This document shows, in pieces, positions 22,301 to 24,069 of a stretch of DNA of 24,069 nucleotides (position 1 is its first letter; each line of letters starts with the position of its first letter). The stretch is taken from assembly GCF_000143415.4 (NCBI RefSeq), contig NW_003314440.1, positions 1 to 24,069 of the forward strand, read 5' to 3'. Under the pieces are notes generated by a model. That model did not search any database and was not told the origin of the DNA. It was given only the letters and a program-made list of their open reading frames with translations. The position numbers and the translations under genes were made by a program. Source of the stretch: Selaginella moellendorffii (lineage: Eukaryota; Plantae; Lycopodiophyta).

Positions 22301-22799
22301 TTGTGATAGGTGATATTAGTGCTTGAAATAATCTATAATATTTATTCTCAAATGTTTCTATGTTATTAGGTCTACACTTATCACACAGTGTTTCAGTCCA
22401 CACGCTTGATCTTGATGATATAGATGATCATATGGACCGAAGTCAATTCCACTTACCTATTTATGTTGAACACATAGCACAACATTATATACAACACAAG
22501 CCTATAGTGAAGGAGCATTCCACTATACTCATTTCTGCTTTTCTGGATATGGAAGCAAAAGAAGATTGAATATATTATTTTCTTTCTTTATAGACTAAAA
22601 GATTAGTTTGTGTTGAACCAATAAACTACATGAGATTATGGAATCCCTTAAACACCTAGATTTTATGTTAAAAATTCTTGGTTCAGGACAAACTAAGGTA
22701 GTGCCATTAAACTTTCACTAGTTAGAGGATTGTATTGACTTCCTTTGACTTTCGTTAACTTTCATTGACTTGAGTTCAGCTCAAAAACTACCCAGCCCC

Positions 22800-23232
22800 C
22801 TCTAGCAACGTTCAACACTATGATGGATAGAATATTCAGAGATTATTTAGACACATTTGTTGTCCTATATATCGATGATGTTCTAGTCTTTAGTGAAATG
22901 TTGGAGGATCATTTGAAACACTTGGAGCTAGTGTTTCAAAAATTGTGTGAACACAAACCATATGCTAAAGAAAGTAAATGTGGTTTTGGATAATTGTGCA
23001 TGAACTTTCTTAGACATATAGTTGGTGGTGGCATAATTGAGGTGGATCCAAAGAAGGTGGAAGCGGTGAAGTCCTGGGAAGTTCTGACCATTGTATCAAA
23101 TGTTCATTCCTTTCTCAGTTTGGTGGGATACTATTGCAAATTTGTCCGCAATTTTGCAAGAATTGCGCTCCTGTTGACTGAGTTAACAAAGAGTAGTATA
23201 TCATTTCATTGGACACTAGCTTGTCAATGTAC
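22800..23232 (+). mobile_element. Ty3/Gypsy pol, part 2 (RT catalytic half and connection domain)
   Basis: LATFNTMMDRIFRDYLDTFVVLYIDDVLVFS..LEDHLKHLELVFQKL...VDPKKVEAVKSW...FLSLVGYYCKFVRNFARIA..LTELT...FHWT; direct continuation of 16105. Confidence 0.92.
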
Positions 23233-24069
23233 TGTAAGGAACCAACTCGCCGAGGTGTCGTAGGCTAAAGGAACCCTGAAAGCATGACCAAAATGACAAA
23301 GAGTTCATCGGATGGGACCAAGTCGAAGATCGAGTCCAAGACCAACTCTAGGACCGAGTTCGAGATAGAGCCCGGAATCGAGTTCGAGATAGAGTCCGGA
23401 ATCGAGTCCGAGACCGACTCGGGGACCGAGTTCGAGACCGAGTTCAAGACCGAGTTTGAGACCGAGTCCAAGATCCGAAATCGGGTCCAAGACCGAGTCC
23501 GAGGTCGAGTCCGAGGTCGGGCCCGAGATTGGGTCCGAGATCGAGTCCGAGATCGAGTCCAAGACCGAATCCGAAGTCGGATCTGAAATTGAGTCCGAGA
23601 TCGAGCCAGAGACTAAGTCCAAATACTAATATGGGTCAAGGGGTGAAAGCCCAAAGCGTGCGTCTCCCAGGGGGGGGGGGGCTGCAGGGGGTTCCAAAAG
23701 TATATTAGGGATAGTGAGGTCCAAGAACCAGTTTTGAAGGGACTCTCCAGTGGGGCTTCCAAACTGACTTGAGGTTGAGACTGGGACCGAGGGGCCTTGG
23801 GTGGGAGTGAGCATGGACTTGGTTGGTGCTGGAGGGGCCATCCAAGGAAATGCTCAAGAGCAGCTCCCACTCCCAAAAGGGAAACCGATTGTGGTGCTCC
23901 CGGCTTAGGTGGAGTGGTGCCCCACTTGAGTACCATGCGGCTCATTGGTCCTCGCCCTCCCTAGGGGCTTGGGCCTTCCTTCGGGATGGAAGTGGGGGGG
24001 TAGAGGTACCTATACCGGGCCGTTAGGCCATGGTGTTTCACCCCGGCAGTCCCGAAGCAAGTGTGCACT
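23233..24069. mobile_element. Probable LTR of a younger retrotransposon inserted in the Gypsy pol; runs off the window
   Basis: Pol homology ends abruptly at TGTAAGG (23233) and composition switches to GC/CpG-rich. The other end is not visible, so TSD and CA terminus cannot be checked. Confidence 0.55.
23321..23620. repeat. Degenerate 12-bp minisatellite (consensus ~AYCGAGTYCGAG), roughly 25 units
   Basis: Runs such as accgagttcgag accgagttcaag accgagtttgag accgagtccaag and atcgagtccgag, with a 6-bp sub-period. Confidence 0.88.

Larger units (their letters stand above)
18241..22569 (+). pseudogene. Multi-exon MULE cargo gene: low-complexity N-terminus, ParB/Srx-like domain, helical region, beta-class N6A/N4C DNA methyltransferase-like domain; disrupted
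   Basis: ParB-like FWVIDGNHRWLAF (DGNHR at 19634-19648). MTase-like VAILIG.Y, KIDFIFFDLPDG (21643-21657; compare D-(L/P)-P-Y), and MQILLELFCPPKGIVLDAIAGFWSMVQAAKETSRAVFALERE (compare LI....PGDIVLDPFAGSGTT..AA...GR..IGIE). Several short GT-AG introns, stops, a TRIM insertion and a 119-bp duplication. Ends are approximate. Confidence 0.75.
16106..22799. mobile_element. MULE-family DNA transposon copy 2 (non-autonomous, both ends present) carrying a ParB-methyltransferase-like cargo gene
   Basis: Left end gagcccgggtaggttttgagct and the reverse complement of the right end ggggctgggtagtttttgagct match at 18/22. 9-bp TSD ctctggcaa (16097-16105) / ctctagcaa (22800-22808). Removing the element restores [17 protein letters not shown]. 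Confidence 0.9.

Noticed and set aside
16106-22799. Helitron or Zisupton/KDZ assignment for the SWIM-containing element
   Set aside because: TIRs with a 9-bp TSD and FMAD/CxxH motifs fit Mutator; no Rep/helicase, CTRR end or KDZ motifs were seen.
23265-23622. ORFs of 68-105 aa with repetitive sequence
   Set aside because: Artefacts of the 12-bp minisatellite; open on both strands.

Overview
Eukaryotic DNA, very likely from an early-diverging land plant (about 50-nt GT-AG introns, plant SMC6/4CL homologues, telo-boxes, a Crinkler-type gene; a lycophyte such as Selaginella is my best guess, unverified). The left ~5.4 kb holds an apparently intact four-exon Crinkler/RHS-type gene (SAM-like header, P-loop NTPase, restriction-endonuclease-like domain), two out-of-order SMC6 fragments and a truncated 4CL-like acyl-activating enzyme. 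The rest is a nest of decayed transposons. The main signal is a Mutator-like (MULE) DNA transposon family present in two complementary defective copies. It has short TIRs and a 9-bp TSD (on copy 2). It encodes a minus-strand DDE+SWIM transposase and a divergent plus-strand, intron-containing cargo gene with a ParB/Srx-like DGNHR domain and a prokaryote-type beta-class N6A/N4C DNA methyltransferase-like domain with a non-canonical D-x-P-D-G motif. Copy 2 splits the RT of a Ty3/Gypsy element and itself carries two 5S-bearing Cassandra-type TRIMs and an array of palindromic sites. All family calls come from motif recognition by eye, not database searches.
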